In this document: piece after piece, positions 9,641-19,870 of the stretch | Numbering within the stretch: the first letter of the stretch is position 1 | Layout of the letters: every line of letters starts with the position of its first letter | Source: Deltaproteobacteria bacterium | Lineage (GTDB): Bacteria; Myxococcota; Kuafuiibacteriia; Kuafuiibacteriales; Kuafuiibacteriaceae | Assembly (NCBI GenBank): GCA_040218735.1 | Contig: JAVJQW010000049.1 | Location: 96,001-160,000 of the forward strand | DNA: 64,000 nt | Direction: 5' to 3' | Program-made: the position numbers and the translations under genes | Notes under the pieces: generated by a model | Told to the model about the DNA's origin: nothing | The model's database searches: none | What the model saw: the letters and a program-made list of their open reading frames with translations, nothing else

Positions 9641-10822
9641 TCAGGGCCACGAAGGGAAGCTCTTTGGCGGCGTGCCGAAGCGGACCGCCGGGATGCGGCG
9701 GTTGCGCGCCGTCGCGCGCACGGGTTCCTGGTCGGCGGGGCTCCACTCCACCTCGGGCCACCAGCGCGCCGGCGGTTTGTCGACGCCCGGCTCGAAGGAT
9801 TGCCCGGGGCGGGGCGTGAGGACCACGACCTTCGCCTTCTTCGCGGCCGCGAGCACGCGCTCGATCGGCTCGGTCCATCCGTGCAGCGCGAGATCGAATG
9901 TCCCCCAGTGCACGGGGATGAGGACCTTCCCGCGGAGGAGCTGGTGCGCCTCGACGGCTTGCTCGGGACCGACGTGTACGTCGGACCAGAGTTGGTTGTA
10001 GGCGCCGGACTCGATCATCGTCGCGTCGAACGGACCGTAGCGCCGACCTATTTCGGCCATCGCCGGAAAGAACGAGGTGTCGCCGGAGAAGTACACGCGG
10101 CGGCGCGGGCCGGTGATGACCCAGCCGGTCCAGAGCGTCTGGTCGCGGTCGGCGAGGGAGCGCCCGGAGAAGTGGCGCGATGGGACGGAGACGATGCGGT
10201 GTCGGCCGAGCTCGGCGACGTCCCACCAGTCGTGTTCGTGGATGCGGTCCGGCGGGATGCCCCACAGCTCGAGGTGCGCGCCGACGCCGAGCGGCACGTA
10301 GAACGGGACGTCGGTTTCGACGAAGCGGAGGATCGTCGGGTAGTCGAGGTGGTCGTAGTGGTCGTGGGAAATCACGACGGCGTCGATCTTCGGGAGCTCC
10401 TCGAAGGGGAGGGGCGGTGGGTGGAAGCGCTGGGGTCCCGCCCACGTCGCGGGGGACGCGCGCTCGCCCCAGACGGGGTCGGTGAGGATCGTCTTGCCGT
10501 CGATCTCGATCAGGAGCGTGGAGTGCCCGAGCCAGGTGATGCGCAAGCCACGTTGCGGAGCCTTCGCGAACGAAGCGCGGGTACGGGGGACGATCGGGAT
10601 CTCGGCGGTGGGTGAAGCGAACTTGCTCCCGCCGCCTCCGAGGAACCGCGAGAGGAGCGCGCCGATGCTGGGGTCGCGGCGCGGGAGGAGGTCCATGAAC
10701 CCGTCGCCGTTCCAGCGCAGGCCTTCTTGCATCTTCGCGAGGCGCGCCCCCCGCGGGTTGGCGCCCATCGCCGTGCACGCGGAGGCGGCGAGGAGGCTCG
10801 CGAAGAGGAGGGCGCGTCGCAC
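9641..10822 (-). CDS. MBL-fold metallo-hydrolase (RomA/NAPE-PLD-like), probable lipoprotein
   Basis: ITWLGHST, LTDPVW, ISHDHYDHLD, RHFSGR, YFSGDT, PVHWGTF; start moved to GTG 10822 (VRRALLFASLLAASAC). Confidence 0.9.
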   Translation of the reverse strand: MRRALLFASLLAASACTAMGANPRGARLAKMQEGLRWNGDGFMDLLPRRDPSIGALLSRFLGGGGSKFASPTAEIPIVPRTRASFAKAPQRGLRITWLGHSTLLIEIDGKTILTDPVWGERASPATWAGPQRFHPPPLPFEELPKIDAVVISHDHYDHLDYPTILRFVETDVPFYVPLGVGAHLELWGIPPDRIHEHDWWDVAELGRHRIVSVPSRHFSGRSLADRDQTLWTGWVITGPRRRVYFSGDTSFFPAMAEIGRRYGPFDATMIESGAYNQLWSDVHVGPEQAVEAHQLLRGKVLIPVHWGTFDLALHGWTEPIERVLAAAKKAKVVVLTPRPGQSFEPGVDKPPARWWPEVEWSPADQEPVRATARNRRIPAVRFGTPPKSFPSWP

Positions 10823-10909
10823 GGCGCAGAGCGTACGTGGCCCAGGAGCACGGCGCACCTCGAAAATTCGAGGGGGCCGATCGCGGGTTGGAGGAGGTAG
10901 GAAGGAACC

Positions 10910-11941
10910 ATGAGGCGATGGTGGATGGGCGCGGCCCTGCTGTTGGTCGCGTGCGCCGGCACCGAGCCGGACGTGACGCCCGGGCGCGACGCGGGGACGG
11001 TCCGCGACGGAGGCACTGACGGCGGAGTGAATCGCGACGCCGGACCGGCGCGCGACGCCGGGCCCGCGCGGGACGGCGGCCCGCGGCGCGACGCGGGCCC
11101 GTCGACGTGTCCGCCCGCCGAGGACTACGTCGGCGACGGCGCGTGGACCGGAGCGTTGGTGGTGCCGTCCGGGCTGACGTTGTGCAGGTTCGCCGCGCAG
11201 CACGAGCCCATCGAGGACGTCTACGCGCGCCGCGGGGAGGCGACGCTCCCGGCCGGGACGTTCCCGCTCCCGACGGAAGCGACGGACGAAGCGATCTTCC
11301 TGCCGATGTGTCTACCGTCGGGGCCGGACCTTTCGGCCGGCACCGTGTCCGCCGAGCGTGGGACGCGACTGGACGACGCGACGGAGCGGTACCACGTCAC
11401 GGTGACGCAGCCGGCGGCCGACGGCACGTCGGTGCAACTAACGACGTCGCTGCCGACCGACGATCCGACGATGACGATCGACGGGCCGGTTTCGACGTAC
11501 GGCGCGCTGGCGCTCACGCACTGCCGCGAAAAGAACTGCTTCCAGGATCAGGACCTGTATCTGCCGTGCGCGCTCACGCCGAACATGTGTGATCGGCTGA
11601 CCTTCACGGACGGTGACATCGCGATCGATCAGTTCCACTGGGCCGGTTCGGTCGGCGCGGGGTTCGCGGCGGCGATGCGCGCGCAAGGCACCTTCCGCGG
11701 CACGGGCTTCGACGTCTCCGCGTACCCGCAGCTCACGATGGCCTACGGCCACCACGCCTTCACGCGATCGCTGTGGCTCACGTTCGACGCGCCGATCGAT
11801 GGCGTGTGCGCGCTGCGATTCGCGGAGGTCGGTGAGTACGGTCAGCTCGACCCGGTGGAGCTGCTCGACTGCGACGGGAACTCACGCGGTACCTCCGCGA
11901 TCACGGCGGACAGTCATGAGTTTCGGATGAGTTGTAACTGA
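10910..11941 (+). CDS. Hypothetical lipoprotein with RDAG/RDGG repeat linker
   Basis: Lipobox LLLVAC; linker RDAGTVRDGGTDGGVNRDAGPARDAGPARDGGPRRDAG; Cys-containing globular region; purine-rich RBS. Confidence 0.8.
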   Translation: MRRWWMGAALLLVACAGTEPDVTPGRDAGTVRDGGTDGGVNRDAGPARDAGPARDGGPRRDAGPSTCPPAEDYVGDGAWTGALVVPSGLTLCRFAAQHEPIEDVYARRGEATLPAGTFPLPTEATDEAIFLPMCLPSGPDLSAGTVSAERGTRLDDATERYHVTVTQPAADGTSVQLTTSLPTDDPTMTIDGPVSTYGALALTHCREKNCFQDQDLYLPCALTPNMCDRLTFTDGDIAIDQFHWAGSVGAGFAAAMRAQGTFRGTGFDVSAYPQLTMAYGHHAFTRSLWLTFDAPIDGVCALRFAEVGEYGQLDPVELLDCDGNSRGTSAITADSHEFRMSCN

Positions 11942-12803
11942 GTAGGAATTGACTCGGTGGCTCGCCCACGATCGCCTTGAAGTCACGCGCGAGGTGCGCC
12001 TGGTCGGTGTAGCCGAGGGCCGCCGCGAGGTCGGCGAGGGTGCGGTCGTCCCCGCGCTCGAGCCGCAGCGCGACCTCCTGCAGGCGGTTCACCCGGATGA
12101 CCCACTTGGGCGTGGCGCCGACGTGGGTCCGGAACAGCCGCTGGAGCTGGCGTACGCTGTTGCCGGTCTGCTGCGCGAGCTGGTCGACGGAGGTCAGCTC
12201 CGGGTCTTCGCAGATCGCCCGCACCAGGGCGATGGCGTCGCCGGCCTCGTCGTCCGCTCGGCGATGGGACAGCAGCCACGATTCGATGCGCGCGAAGGCG
12301 GCCTCGTCGTCGTCGACGTCCGAGAGCTCGGCGTGGAGCGCTTCGGCGTCGTCGAACAGCTCCGTGAGCGGGACGATAAGACCCGTGAGCGTGTGCGCCG
12401 GGCGCTCGGTGAACGCCCGGACCGCGCCCGGGTGGAGCTTGATGCCGCGGACCCGTCCGACGCCCGCGAGCTCGCGCTCCCACAGGCGCGTCCACACCCC
12501 GACGACCCGTGCGCCGACCTGGGGCCCGGTGCCGTCCTCGAAGACGAAGTGCACGCTCGGGTCCGCGAGGAGCCTGGAGGTGTGGGGTGCCTCGGCTTCG
12601 AGCGACCAACGGCCGGCCCAGAACGCCTCGACCGCGTCTTCGACCGAAGCCGGTGCTCGGTAGCGCGCCGCTTGGATGCGTCGACCGCTGTCGACGTTCG
12701 ACACCAGACCTCGCGCCCGTCGGTTCCCGGTCGGTCGCGTTTGTACAAGCCGGCCCCCCGACACGTCGGTTACCCATAGAGCCATGGAAGACATCACGGT
12801 CAA
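11901..12803 (-). CDS. AraC-family transcriptional regulator (DUF6597-type N-terminus); true start probably near 12700
   Basis: C-terminal double HTH SVRQLQRLFRTHVGATPKW...LAAALGYTDQAHLARDFKAIVGEPP. Confidence 0.88.
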   Translation of the reverse strand: MTVMSSMALWVTDVSGGRLVQTRPTGNRRARGLVSNVDSGRRIQAARYRAPASVEDAVEAFWAGRWSLEAEAPHTSRLLADPSVHFVFEDGTGPQVGARVVGVWTRLWERELAGVGRVRGIKLHPGAVRAFTERPAHTLTGLIVPLTELFDDAEALHAELSDVDDDEAAFARIESWLLSHRRADDEAGDAIALVRAICEDPELTSVDQLAQQTGNSVRQLQRLFRTHVGATPKWVIRVNRLQEVALRLERGDDRTLADLAAALGYTDQAHLARDFKAIVGEPPSQFLLSYNSSETHDCPP

Positions 12804-13158
12804 GTCCCTCGAATCCTGCGCGCCCTACGAAGGGCCCCACGCGATCGAGGGCATCCGATTTCGCCACGTGCGGGAGGCGCTCGGCGTCACCGCATGGGGC
12901 ATGAACGTCCTCGAGCTGGACCCCGGCAACACCGGCTACCCCGAGCACGACCACGTCGAGGACGGCCAAGAAGAGGTCTACGTGATCCTCACCGGTTCGG
13001 TGGTCCTCGAAGCCGACGGCGAGTCACGAACCCTGAACGCCGGCGACTTCGCGCGCGTCGCGCCGCACGTGAAGCGCAAGCTCGTCACGACCGGCTCCAG
13101 CGTTCGTGTCCTCGCGATCGGAGGCACACCCGGTCGCCCTTACACGTCCAACCTGTGA
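12784..13158 (+). CDS. Cupin domain protein
   Basis: YPEHDHVEDGQEEVYVILTG...LNAGDFARVAP; ATG at 12784. Confidence 0.85.
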   Translation: MEDITVKSLESCAPYEGPHAIEGIRFRHVREALGVTAWGMNVLELDPGNTGYPEHDHVEDGQEEVYVILTGSVVLEADGESRTLNAGDFARVAPHVKRKLVTTGSSVRVLAIGGTPGRPYTSNL

Positions 13159-13353
13159 GTGCATGGGCGGCGCTGCGGGGTGCGCGGGGCGTCGCGCACC
13201 TTGTAGCGGGGGTCGAGCGCCCCCCAACCGCGCGAGGGCGTCGCCTGGCGCCCCCTGGGTTCCACATCGAGAGGGCGCAAGTCAGCTTGCGTGAGCGTCG
13301 GCACACGATCTGCTTTCGGAGTCCGCCTGATGACGATCAGGGTCCCAGACTCC

Positions 13354-15579
13354 ATGCGACAATCTCTGTGGTTCGGTATCGGTGTCGTCCTTGCGACGGG
13401 GTGTGTCGCCAAGGGTGATCCGGCCGCGCCCGACGAAGGGTGTGTCTCCGACGAGAAGTTCTTCGCCGCCGAGGTGTGGGGGCCGACGCTGTCGAGCAAC
13501 TGCTTCCAGTGCCACAACGCCCAGGGCGCGGCGAACCAGACGAAGTTCGTCCTGCGCAGTGAAGCCGAGACCGGCTTCATGGAGGCGAACCTGAAGATCG
13601 TCCAGGACGTGGCGGCGTTCGAGGTCGACGGCACGTCGATCCTCCTCCTGAAGCCGACCCTCCAGATCCCGCACGAAGGCGGCATGCGCATCGCGGCCGA
13701 CGGCCCCGAGTACGCAGCCATCGCGGAGCTGGTGCGCCGCATGGACGAGCCGGTCGCGTGTGAGGACGCGCCGGACGAGACGTACTTCGAAGGCGTCGTC
13801 ATGGCGGACGACGTCTCGCTCCTGCGCAAGGTCGCGCTGAACCTCGTGGGGCGGCTCCCCACGGCGGACGAGACCGCGCGCGTCCAAGACGGGGGCGAGG
13901 CGGCGCTCGGCGCGGTGCTCGACGGGATGATGACCGAGCCGGCGTTCTACGAGCGGCTCAAGGAGATCTACAACGACCAGTTCCTCACGGACCGGTACCT
14001 TCGGAACAACGACGCCGTCGACCTGTTGGACGCGACGGACTACCCGACGCGACGCTTCTACGAGAGCGACGAGGACGAGAGTCGGCGCAACACGCTGCGT
14101 TCGCTGGCCAACTACGGCGTCGCGCGGGAGCCGCTCGAGCTCATCGCCCACGTCGTACGGAACAACCGGCCGTTCACCGAGATCGTCACCGCCGACTACA
14201 TCATGATGAATTCGTTCTCGGCGCGAACGTACGGCGCGAGTGACTACGCGTACGTCGACCGCACCGAGATCGATCTCTACAACCCGGATGAGTTCTTCGA
14301 GGCGCGCGTGCCCGGCGTCCCGCACGCGGGCGTGCTGACTTCACACATGTTCCTCAACCGGTTCCCGACCACGGACACCAACGTGAACCGCCACCGCGCG
14401 CGGATGACTTATCAGTTCTTCCTCGCGACCGACGTGCTGAAGCTCGCGGAGCGGCCCGTGGACCCCACCCAGATCCAGGACCACAACCCGACGCTCTACA
14501 ACCCCGGCTGCAACGTCTGCCACGCGACGATCGATCCGGTCGCCGGCGCGTTCCAGAACTGGGACGACCGCGGTCGCTACCGCGTCCTCGAGAACGGTTG
14601 GCACTCCGACATGCGACCCCCGGGCTTCGGCGAGACGACGGTGCCCGCGGGTGATTCGACGCAGAGCCTCCGCTGGCTCGGTCAGCAAATCGCGACGGAC
14701 GATCGGTTCGCGACGTCCGCGATTCACACGATGTACCGCGCGCTGACCGGTGAGGAGCCGCTCTCCTCGCAGACCGCGACGCTGCGGGCATTCGAGGCGC
14801 AGGAGGATCTCTTCAAGGCGATCCGTCGGCAGTTCATCGACAGCGGTCACGACTTCAAGGTCATGGTGAAGGCGCTCGTGATGTCGCCGTACGTTCGGGC
14901 GAAGGACTACCGCGGCGCGGACCGCGCCGGTGAGCTCGACAGCGTGGGCTCCGCGCACCTGCTGACGCCGGAGCAGCTCGACCGGAAGATCGAAGCCGTC
15001 CTCGGGTTCGCGTGGGAGCGCAATGGGCGACGGCAGCTGCTGTCGACGAACGAGATGATGATCTTCTACGGGGGCATCGACTCGAACCAGATCACCAAGC
15101 GCATCACCGAGCCGAACGGCGTCATGGCGAGCATCGCCACGCGCATGGCGAACGAGATGTCGTGCCTCGCGGTGCCGCAGGACTTCACACACGACGCGGC
15201 CGACCGCCGCCTCTTCCCGCACGTGGAGATGAGCTTCGTGCCCGAGGACGACAATGGGTTCGAGGTGCCGGGCGCCGTCGAACGCATCAAGGACAACATT
15301 CGGCACCTGCACCAGCACATCCTCGGCGAGGAGGTCTCTTCGGTGGAGCTCGAGCGGACCTACGCGTTGTTCGTCGACACCTGGCGCGAAGGTCGCGCGG
15401 GCGTCATCGACGAGACGATCGACCGCGACAGCTGGAACTGCCGTGCGGAGCGCGACCCGATCACCGGCGAAGACCTGCCGGAGGAGCGACGCGTGCGACG
15501 CGACGAGGACTACACGATGCGCGCCTGGATGGCCGTCGTGACCTACCTGCTGTCCGACTACGACTTCCTCTACGAGTGA
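13354..15579 (+). CDS. Lipoprotein with two CxxCH heme motifs, DUF1549/DUF1553/DUF1588-like
   Basis: Lipobox LATGC; CFQCH and CNVCH; LLRKVALNLVGRLPT; HAGVLT..F; LLTPEQL; co-oriented with a DUF1501 gene. Confidence 0.75.
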   Translation: MRQSLWFGIGVVLATGCVAKGDPAAPDEGCVSDEKFFAAEVWGPTLSSNCFQCHNAQGAANQTKFVLRSEAETGFMEANLKIVQDVAAFEVDGTSILLLKPTLQIPHEGGMRIAADGPEYAAIAELVRRMDEPVACEDAPDETYFEGVVMADDVSLLRKVALNLVGRLPTADETARVQDGGEAALGAVLDGMMTEPAFYERLKEIYNDQFLTDRYLRNNDAVDLLDATDYPTRRFYESDEDESRRNTLRSLANYGVAREPLELIAHVVRNNRPFTEIVTADYIMMNSFSARTYGASDYAYVDRTEIDLYNPDEFFEARVPGVPHAGVLTSHMFLNRFPTTDTNVNRHRARMTYQFFLATDVLKLAERPVDPTQIQDHNPTLYNPGCNVCHATIDPVAGAFQNWDDRGRYRVLENGWHSDMRPPGFGETTVPAGDSTQSLRWLGQQIATDDRFATSAIHTMYRALTGEEPLSSQTATLRAFEAQEDLFKAIRRQFIDSGHDFKVMVKALVMSPYVRAKDYRGADRAGELDSVGSAHLLTPEQLDRKIEAVLGFAWERNGRRQLLSTNEMMIFYGGIDSNQITKRITEPNGVMASIATRMANEMSCLAVPQDFTHDAADRRLFPHVEMSFVPEDDNGFEVPGAVERIKDNIRHLHQHILGEEVSSVELERTYALFVDTWREGRAGVIDETIDRDSWNCRAERDPITGEDLPEERRVRRDEDYTMRAWMAVVTYLLSDYDFLYE

Positions 15580-15599
15580 GCACTAGGAGCCCATCGAAA

Positions 15600-16850
15600 A
15601 TGCAACGCCGAGACTTCTTGAAAGCAGCTGGATTCGCGGGACTGTCGCTCGTGTCGCCGTTGGCGGCGCGCACGGCCCGGGCGGAGCCCTACGAGGGACG
15701 CTTCTGGATCTTCGTGAACGCCGGGGGAGGCTGGGATCCGACGAGCCTCTGTGACCCGAAGGGTGCGACGAGTGAAGACGATCCGGATCCGATGAACCAC
15801 TACCTGCGCGATCAGATCGGGCAGGCCGGGAACATCAGCTACGCGCCGGCGCCGGGGAACCAAGAGTTCTTCGACAAGTATTACCAGCGACTGACCATCA
15901 TCAACGGACTCGACACCGCGACCAACGGGCACGACTCGGGCTCGCGCCACATCTGGAGCGGCCGCCTCGCGGAAGGTTATCCGTCGCTCGCCGCGCTGCT
16001 TGCAGGCTCGCTTGCGCCGACGAAGCCGCTCGCGTTCATCAGCAACGGTGGGTACGACCTGACGCAGGGGCTCGTCGCGCCCACGCGCACCGGTTCGACG
16101 GGTGCGCTCGGGCGCATCGCGTACCCGAACCGCCCGGACCCGGGTGACGGCGAACGGAGCTACCACCTGGACTCGACGATGGAGCGCATCCAGCTCGCGC
16201 AGCAGGAGCGGCTTGCGGCGAAGCGCGAGCGCATGGGGCTCCCGAACCGACGCGCTTCGATGAACCAGCTGTTCCTCGCGACACAGGGCAAGAACGAGAT
16301 CCGACGACTCACCGAGTTCCTCCCGGACCTCGACGGCTCGAACAACCCGCTGCTGCGTCAGGCGCAGCTCGCGATCGCCGCTTATCGCGCGGGGGTCTCG
16401 GTGAGCGCGAACCTGAACATCGGCGGCTTCGACACGCACGGTGACCACGACAACCGTTCGGTCCCGCGGATGCAGATGCTCCTTCAGGGCGTGGACTTCA
16501 TCATGGAAGAGGCGGCGCGCCAGGGCGTCGGGGACAAGGTCATCGTCGCGGTCGGGTCCGACTTCGGCCGCACGCCGGGGTACAACGGCGACAACGGCAA
16601 GGACCACTGGTCGATCACGAGCATGATGTTCATCGGTGCCGGCATCCCCGGGAACCGGGTCATCGGCTCGACGGACGACGGGCACGTCCCGATCCCGGTG
16701 AATCCGACGACGCTCGCGAGCGACCCGAACGGCATCCGCATCGAGCCGAAGCACGTGCACGGCGCGCTGCGTCGGCTGGCGGGCGTCGACGGCAGCGATG
16801 CGGCGCAGCTGTACCCGATCGGCGAGGAGCCTATCGCGCTGTTCGGATAG
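15600..16850 (+). CDS. Tat-exported DUF1501 family protein
   Basis: Tat signal MQRRDFLK; GGGWDPT..CDPK; GGFDTH; SDFGRTP; GKDHW. Confidence 0.88.
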   Translation: MQRRDFLKAAGFAGLSLVSPLAARTARAEPYEGRFWIFVNAGGGWDPTSLCDPKGATSEDDPDPMNHYLRDQIGQAGNISYAPAPGNQEFFDKYYQRLTIINGLDTATNGHDSGSRHIWSGRLAEGYPSLAALLAGSLAPTKPLAFISNGGYDLTQGLVAPTRTGSTGALGRIAYPNRPDPGDGERSYHLDSTMERIQLAQQERLAAKRERMGLPNRRASMNQLFLATQGKNEIRRLTEFLPDLDGSNNPLLRQAQLAIAAYRAGVSVSANLNIGGFDTHGDHDNRSVPRMQMLLQGVDFIMEEAARQGVGDKVIVAVGSDFGRTPGYNGDNGKDHWSITSMMFIGAGIPGNRVIGSTDDGHVPIPVNPTTLASDPNGIRIEPKHVHGALRRLAGVDGSDAAQLYPIGEEPIALFG

Positions 16851-16866
16851 CTGCAGGTAGTCGCGG

Positions 16867-17472
16867 TTAGTCGGCGACGAAGGTGCCGCTGATCTCGGTG
16901 ACGTGGTTCTCCGTCTGGAACACGAAGTCGTAGTACGGGAGGCCTCCCTCCGCGGTCATCTCGATCTCACCCTCGATCTGGCCGCCGCTGACGGCGGTGA
17001 CGCTGAGGGTCGCGGTGATCGTCTGCGCCCACCACGGGTCGGGACCACAGTAGCAGCCGACCTGGACGTACGCGCTGCGCACGTCGGCGTCGTGGGCGCT
17101 GCGCCCGGTCGACGTCACGCTCTTGGGCCCCCCGCGCATGAGATCTTCGGGGGCCTCGAAGGTCGTGACGGCGTCGACGACGATCGTGTCGCCGGCCTGT
17201 CGCGAGAAGAGGTCGTCGATGATGAATGTCGCGTAGATCCCCATCTCGTCGTCGGCGATGTCGGGGTCATGGGGACGCATCCCACCCATCGAGAGGCGCC
17301 AGGTCGAGGCCGTGGTGGAGGAGACGGACGCCGAGAAGTCGACCGCGCCGAAGTCCTCGCCATCGACCTCGATCGTGAGCACGGTGCCGTCGGCGCTCGG
17401 GCTCGACGAGGAGGAGGAGGGGCCGCACGCGAGGGCCGTGAGCGCGAGGAGCGGGAGGGACAGGCGGATCAT
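16867..17472 (-). CDS. Hypothetical lipoprotein
   Basis: Lipobox LTALAC followed by a Ser-rich linker and beta-rich domain. Confidence 0.7.
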   Translation of the reverse strand: MIRLSLPLLALTALACGPSSSSSSPSADGTVLTIEVDGEDFGAVDFSASVSSTTASTWRLSMGGMRPHDPDIADDEMGIYATFIIDDLFSRQAGDTIVVDAVTTFEAPEDLMRGGPKSVTSTGRSAHDADVRSAYVQVGCYCGPDPWWAQTITATLSVTAVSGGQIEGEIEMTAEGGLPYYDFVFQTENHVTEISGTFVAD

Positions 17473-17556
17473 GCTTTCGTGGCCAAGTGCAGGAGTGATG
17501 CCGGTGGCGCAGCCTCGAGCGACTGCGGCGCGCGGACGTGGAGCGCGACATCCTTG

Positions 17557-18309
17557 TCAGTCGAAGCGGAGGCGCCGCACCGCGAGCATGAGCAGCCCTG
17601 CGTGCAGGACGAACGCGACGAGCGCCGCGATCCACCACCTCGGATCGTCCGCGCGCGCGAGCCAGAACGCCTTGCAGGTGAGGAACGGCGGGAACGCGGC
17701 GAGGAGCCACTGCCAAGGGCCGGGGATGAACCACCCCACGAGGATGGTGAGGCCGGCGACGCCGCCGAACTTCGTGAACGCGAGGCCCTGCACGCGATCG
17801 TTCGCGAAGGATCCGAGGAGCAGCATCGTCAGCGGCGCGACGAGCGCGGTGCTCGCCGCGAGCGGGACGAGCTTCACGAACGGCAGCGGCGCGTGGCCGG
17901 CGAGCGGGACGAGGACCAGCGCGAGGACGAACGCGATCGTCGCCGGCACGGCGACGCGGTACCACAGGAAGGTCGAGAACGGCGCGGGGCTGACGCGGAG
18001 GACGGTGAGGGTGTCGTCCTCCTTCTCTTCGATGAGCACGAACCCGAACGCGGTGCCCGGGAGCAAGCCAGCTTGCCACAGCGCGATGAACGCGACGAAG
18101 ACCTCGTAGGTGTCCGAAAACCTGAGCGCGTTCGTTGCGCTCGGGAGGACGCCGTTGGCGGCGAGGGATTCGTCGAGGACGGGGAGGAGGTACCGCGCGC
18201 CGACGCCCATCCCGAGCGAGACGATCAGGAGGAGGAAGACCATGCGCTCGCGGAGCACGAGGCGGACGTCGTTCCTCGCGAACGCGCGAAAGTAGGTGGC
18301 GGCGCTCAT
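17557..18309 (-). CDS. ABC-2-type exporter permease (fluoroquinolone-export permease-like)
   Basis: About 6 TM helices; LIEEKEDDTLTVLRVSP; FANDRVQGLAFTK; ATG 18309 overlaps the upstream stop. Confidence 0.82.
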   Translation of the reverse strand: MSAATYFRAFARNDVRLVLRERMVFLLLIVSLGMGVGARYLLPVLDESLAANGVLPSATNALRFSDTYEVFVAFIALWQAGLLPGTAFGFVLIEEKEDDTLTVLRVSPAPFSTFLWYRVAVPATIAFVLALVLVPLAGHAPLPFVKLVPLAASTALVAPLTMLLLGSFANDRVQGLAFTKFGGVAGLTILVGWFIPGPWQWLLAAFPPFLTCKAFWLARADDPRWWIAALVAFVLHAGLLMLAVRRLRFD

Positions 18310-19016
18310 CCGGCCCTCCCGGCGACGTGGGTGCGGAACGCGGCGAGGCTCCACCACGCGAGCACCGCGAGGGTCAGCGTGGTGCCGCCCAAGGCGTAGG
18401 CCCACTGCCACGGTTCGAGATCGACGTAGGCGGCGCGGAGGAACATCGTCGGTGCGCCGGTGGGAATCGCGAGGATCGCGACGTGATCGATCGCGCCGAC
18501 GAACCACAGCGCGGGGAGTTGCATCAACGTGGCGATGACACCCATCGGGATGAGCGCTTCGACGATGCGTTCGTAGCGCACGACGATCACGATGCCCGCG
18601 AGCACGTGGACGACGCCGAGCGTGAGGACCCCGACGGCGAGGAAGGCGTTGGGGGTGGGCGCGTCGTCGACGAGGAGGTGCGTGCCGAGCGCGATCAGCG
18701 CGGCCTCGAGGGTGGCGAGCGCGGTGAGGGTGATGGCCTTCGACGCGAGGTACTCCGCGTCGCGTAAAGGGGAGACGAGGACGGCGGTGAGGGTGCCGTC
18801 GGCGCGCTCGAGGATGACCATCGCGACCACGTACAGGAGCGTCGAGCCGCCGACGAACATCAGCAGCGCCATCGGGACGCTGCGCTGGAGGGTGTCGGGG
18901 GAGGAGAGCCACGCGACGGCGCCGCTGCAAAGGGCGGCGACGCCGATCGAAATCGCGTAGAGCTGGTTTCTCGCCTGCAGGCGGACGTCGGTGCGGACGG
19001 CGGTCAGGAGCCTCAC
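18306..19016 (-). CDS. ABC-2-type exporter permease
   Basis: DVRLQARN; ILERADGTLTAVLVSPLRDAEYLASK; GTG 19016 overlaps the ATPase stop. Confidence 0.82.
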   Translation of the reverse strand: MRLLTAVRTDVRLQARNQLYAISIGVAALCSGAVAWLSSPDTLQRSVPMALLMFVGGSTLLYVVAMVILERADGTLTAVLVSPLRDAEYLASKAITLTALATLEAALIALGTHLLVDDAPTPNAFLAVGVLTLGVVHVLAGIVIVVRYERIVEALIPMGVIATLMQLPALWFVGAIDHVAILAIPTGAPTMFLRAAYVDLEPWQWAYALGGTTLTLAVLAWWSLAAFRTHVAGRAG

Positions 19017-19870
19017 GGCGCGAGCCTCTCGCCGGTCACCTCGATGAAGACCTCGTCGAGCGACGTCTCTTGCGAGTGGATGGCGCGGATGGGGCGGGCG
19101 AGGAGGGCGCGGAAGGCGTCGTCTTCGCCGAGCCCGTCGAGCGGGAAGTCGGCGGTGGTTTCTTCTTTGTCGTCGCCTTCGTAGGTGACGCGCACGATGC
19201 GCTGGCCGTGTTGGCGCTTCAGGGCTTCGGGGGCGTCGATGACGGCGATTCGTCCGGCGGTGATGAACGCGACGCGGTCGCAGATCTGTTCGGCGACGGC
19301 CATGTCGTGGGTGGTGAGGAAGACGGTCGTGCCTTCGTCGCGGAGCCGGCGGACGAGCGCTTTGACGTGTTTGGCGTTGATCGGATCGAGGCCGCCGGTG
19401 GGTTCGTCGAGGAAGAGCAGCTTGGGTTTGTGCAGGAGGCTCCGCGCGAGGTTGAGGCGGATCTTCATGCCCTTGCTGAACTCGGCGACGCGTTGGTCGG
19501 CGGCGTCTTCGAGGCCGACCCAACCGAGGACTTCGCGCGGGGGGACGATCGGGCCGCGGTAGAGGCCGCCGAAGTGCTCGAGGTTCTCGAGCGCGGTGAG
19601 GCGTTGGTGGTGGTTGGGCAGCTCGAACTGCACGCCGATGTTCTCGTAGTAGTCGGCGCCCCACGTGGCGGTCTCGCGGCCGAGCACCTGCACGCGGCCG
19701 CGGTAGCCGGTGAGGAGGCCGATGAGGATCTTCTGCGTGGTCGACTTGCCGGCGCCGGAGGGGCCGAGGAAGCCGAAGATCTCCTGGTCGGCGACGTTGA
19801 AGGAGACGCCGCGGACCGCGGGGGCGGAGGCGCCGCGGTAGGTGAACTCGAGGTCTTCGACTTCGATCAT
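19013..19870 (-). CDS. ABC exporter ATP-binding protein
   Basis: Walker A GPSGAGKST; signature FSKGM; Walker B LLFLDEPT; TTH. Confidence 0.95.
   Translation of the reverse strand: MIEVEDLEFTYRGASAPAVRGVSFNVADQEIFGFLGPSGAGKSTTQKILIGLLTGYRGRVQVLGRETATWGADYYENIGVQFELPNHHQRLTALENLEHFGGLYRGPIVPPREVLGWVGLEDAADQRVAEFSKGMKIRLNLARSLLHKPKLLFLDEPTGGLDPINAKHVKALVRRLRDEGTTVFLTTHDMAVAEQICDRVAFITAGRIAVIDAPEALKRQHGQRIVRVTYEGDDKEETTADFPLDGLGEDDAFRALLARPIRAIHSQETSLDEVFIEVTGERLAP

Noticed and set aside
10980-11100. RDAG repeat as a novel repeat system
   Set aside because: A low-complexity tether after a lipobox, a common linker type in myxobacterial lipoproteins
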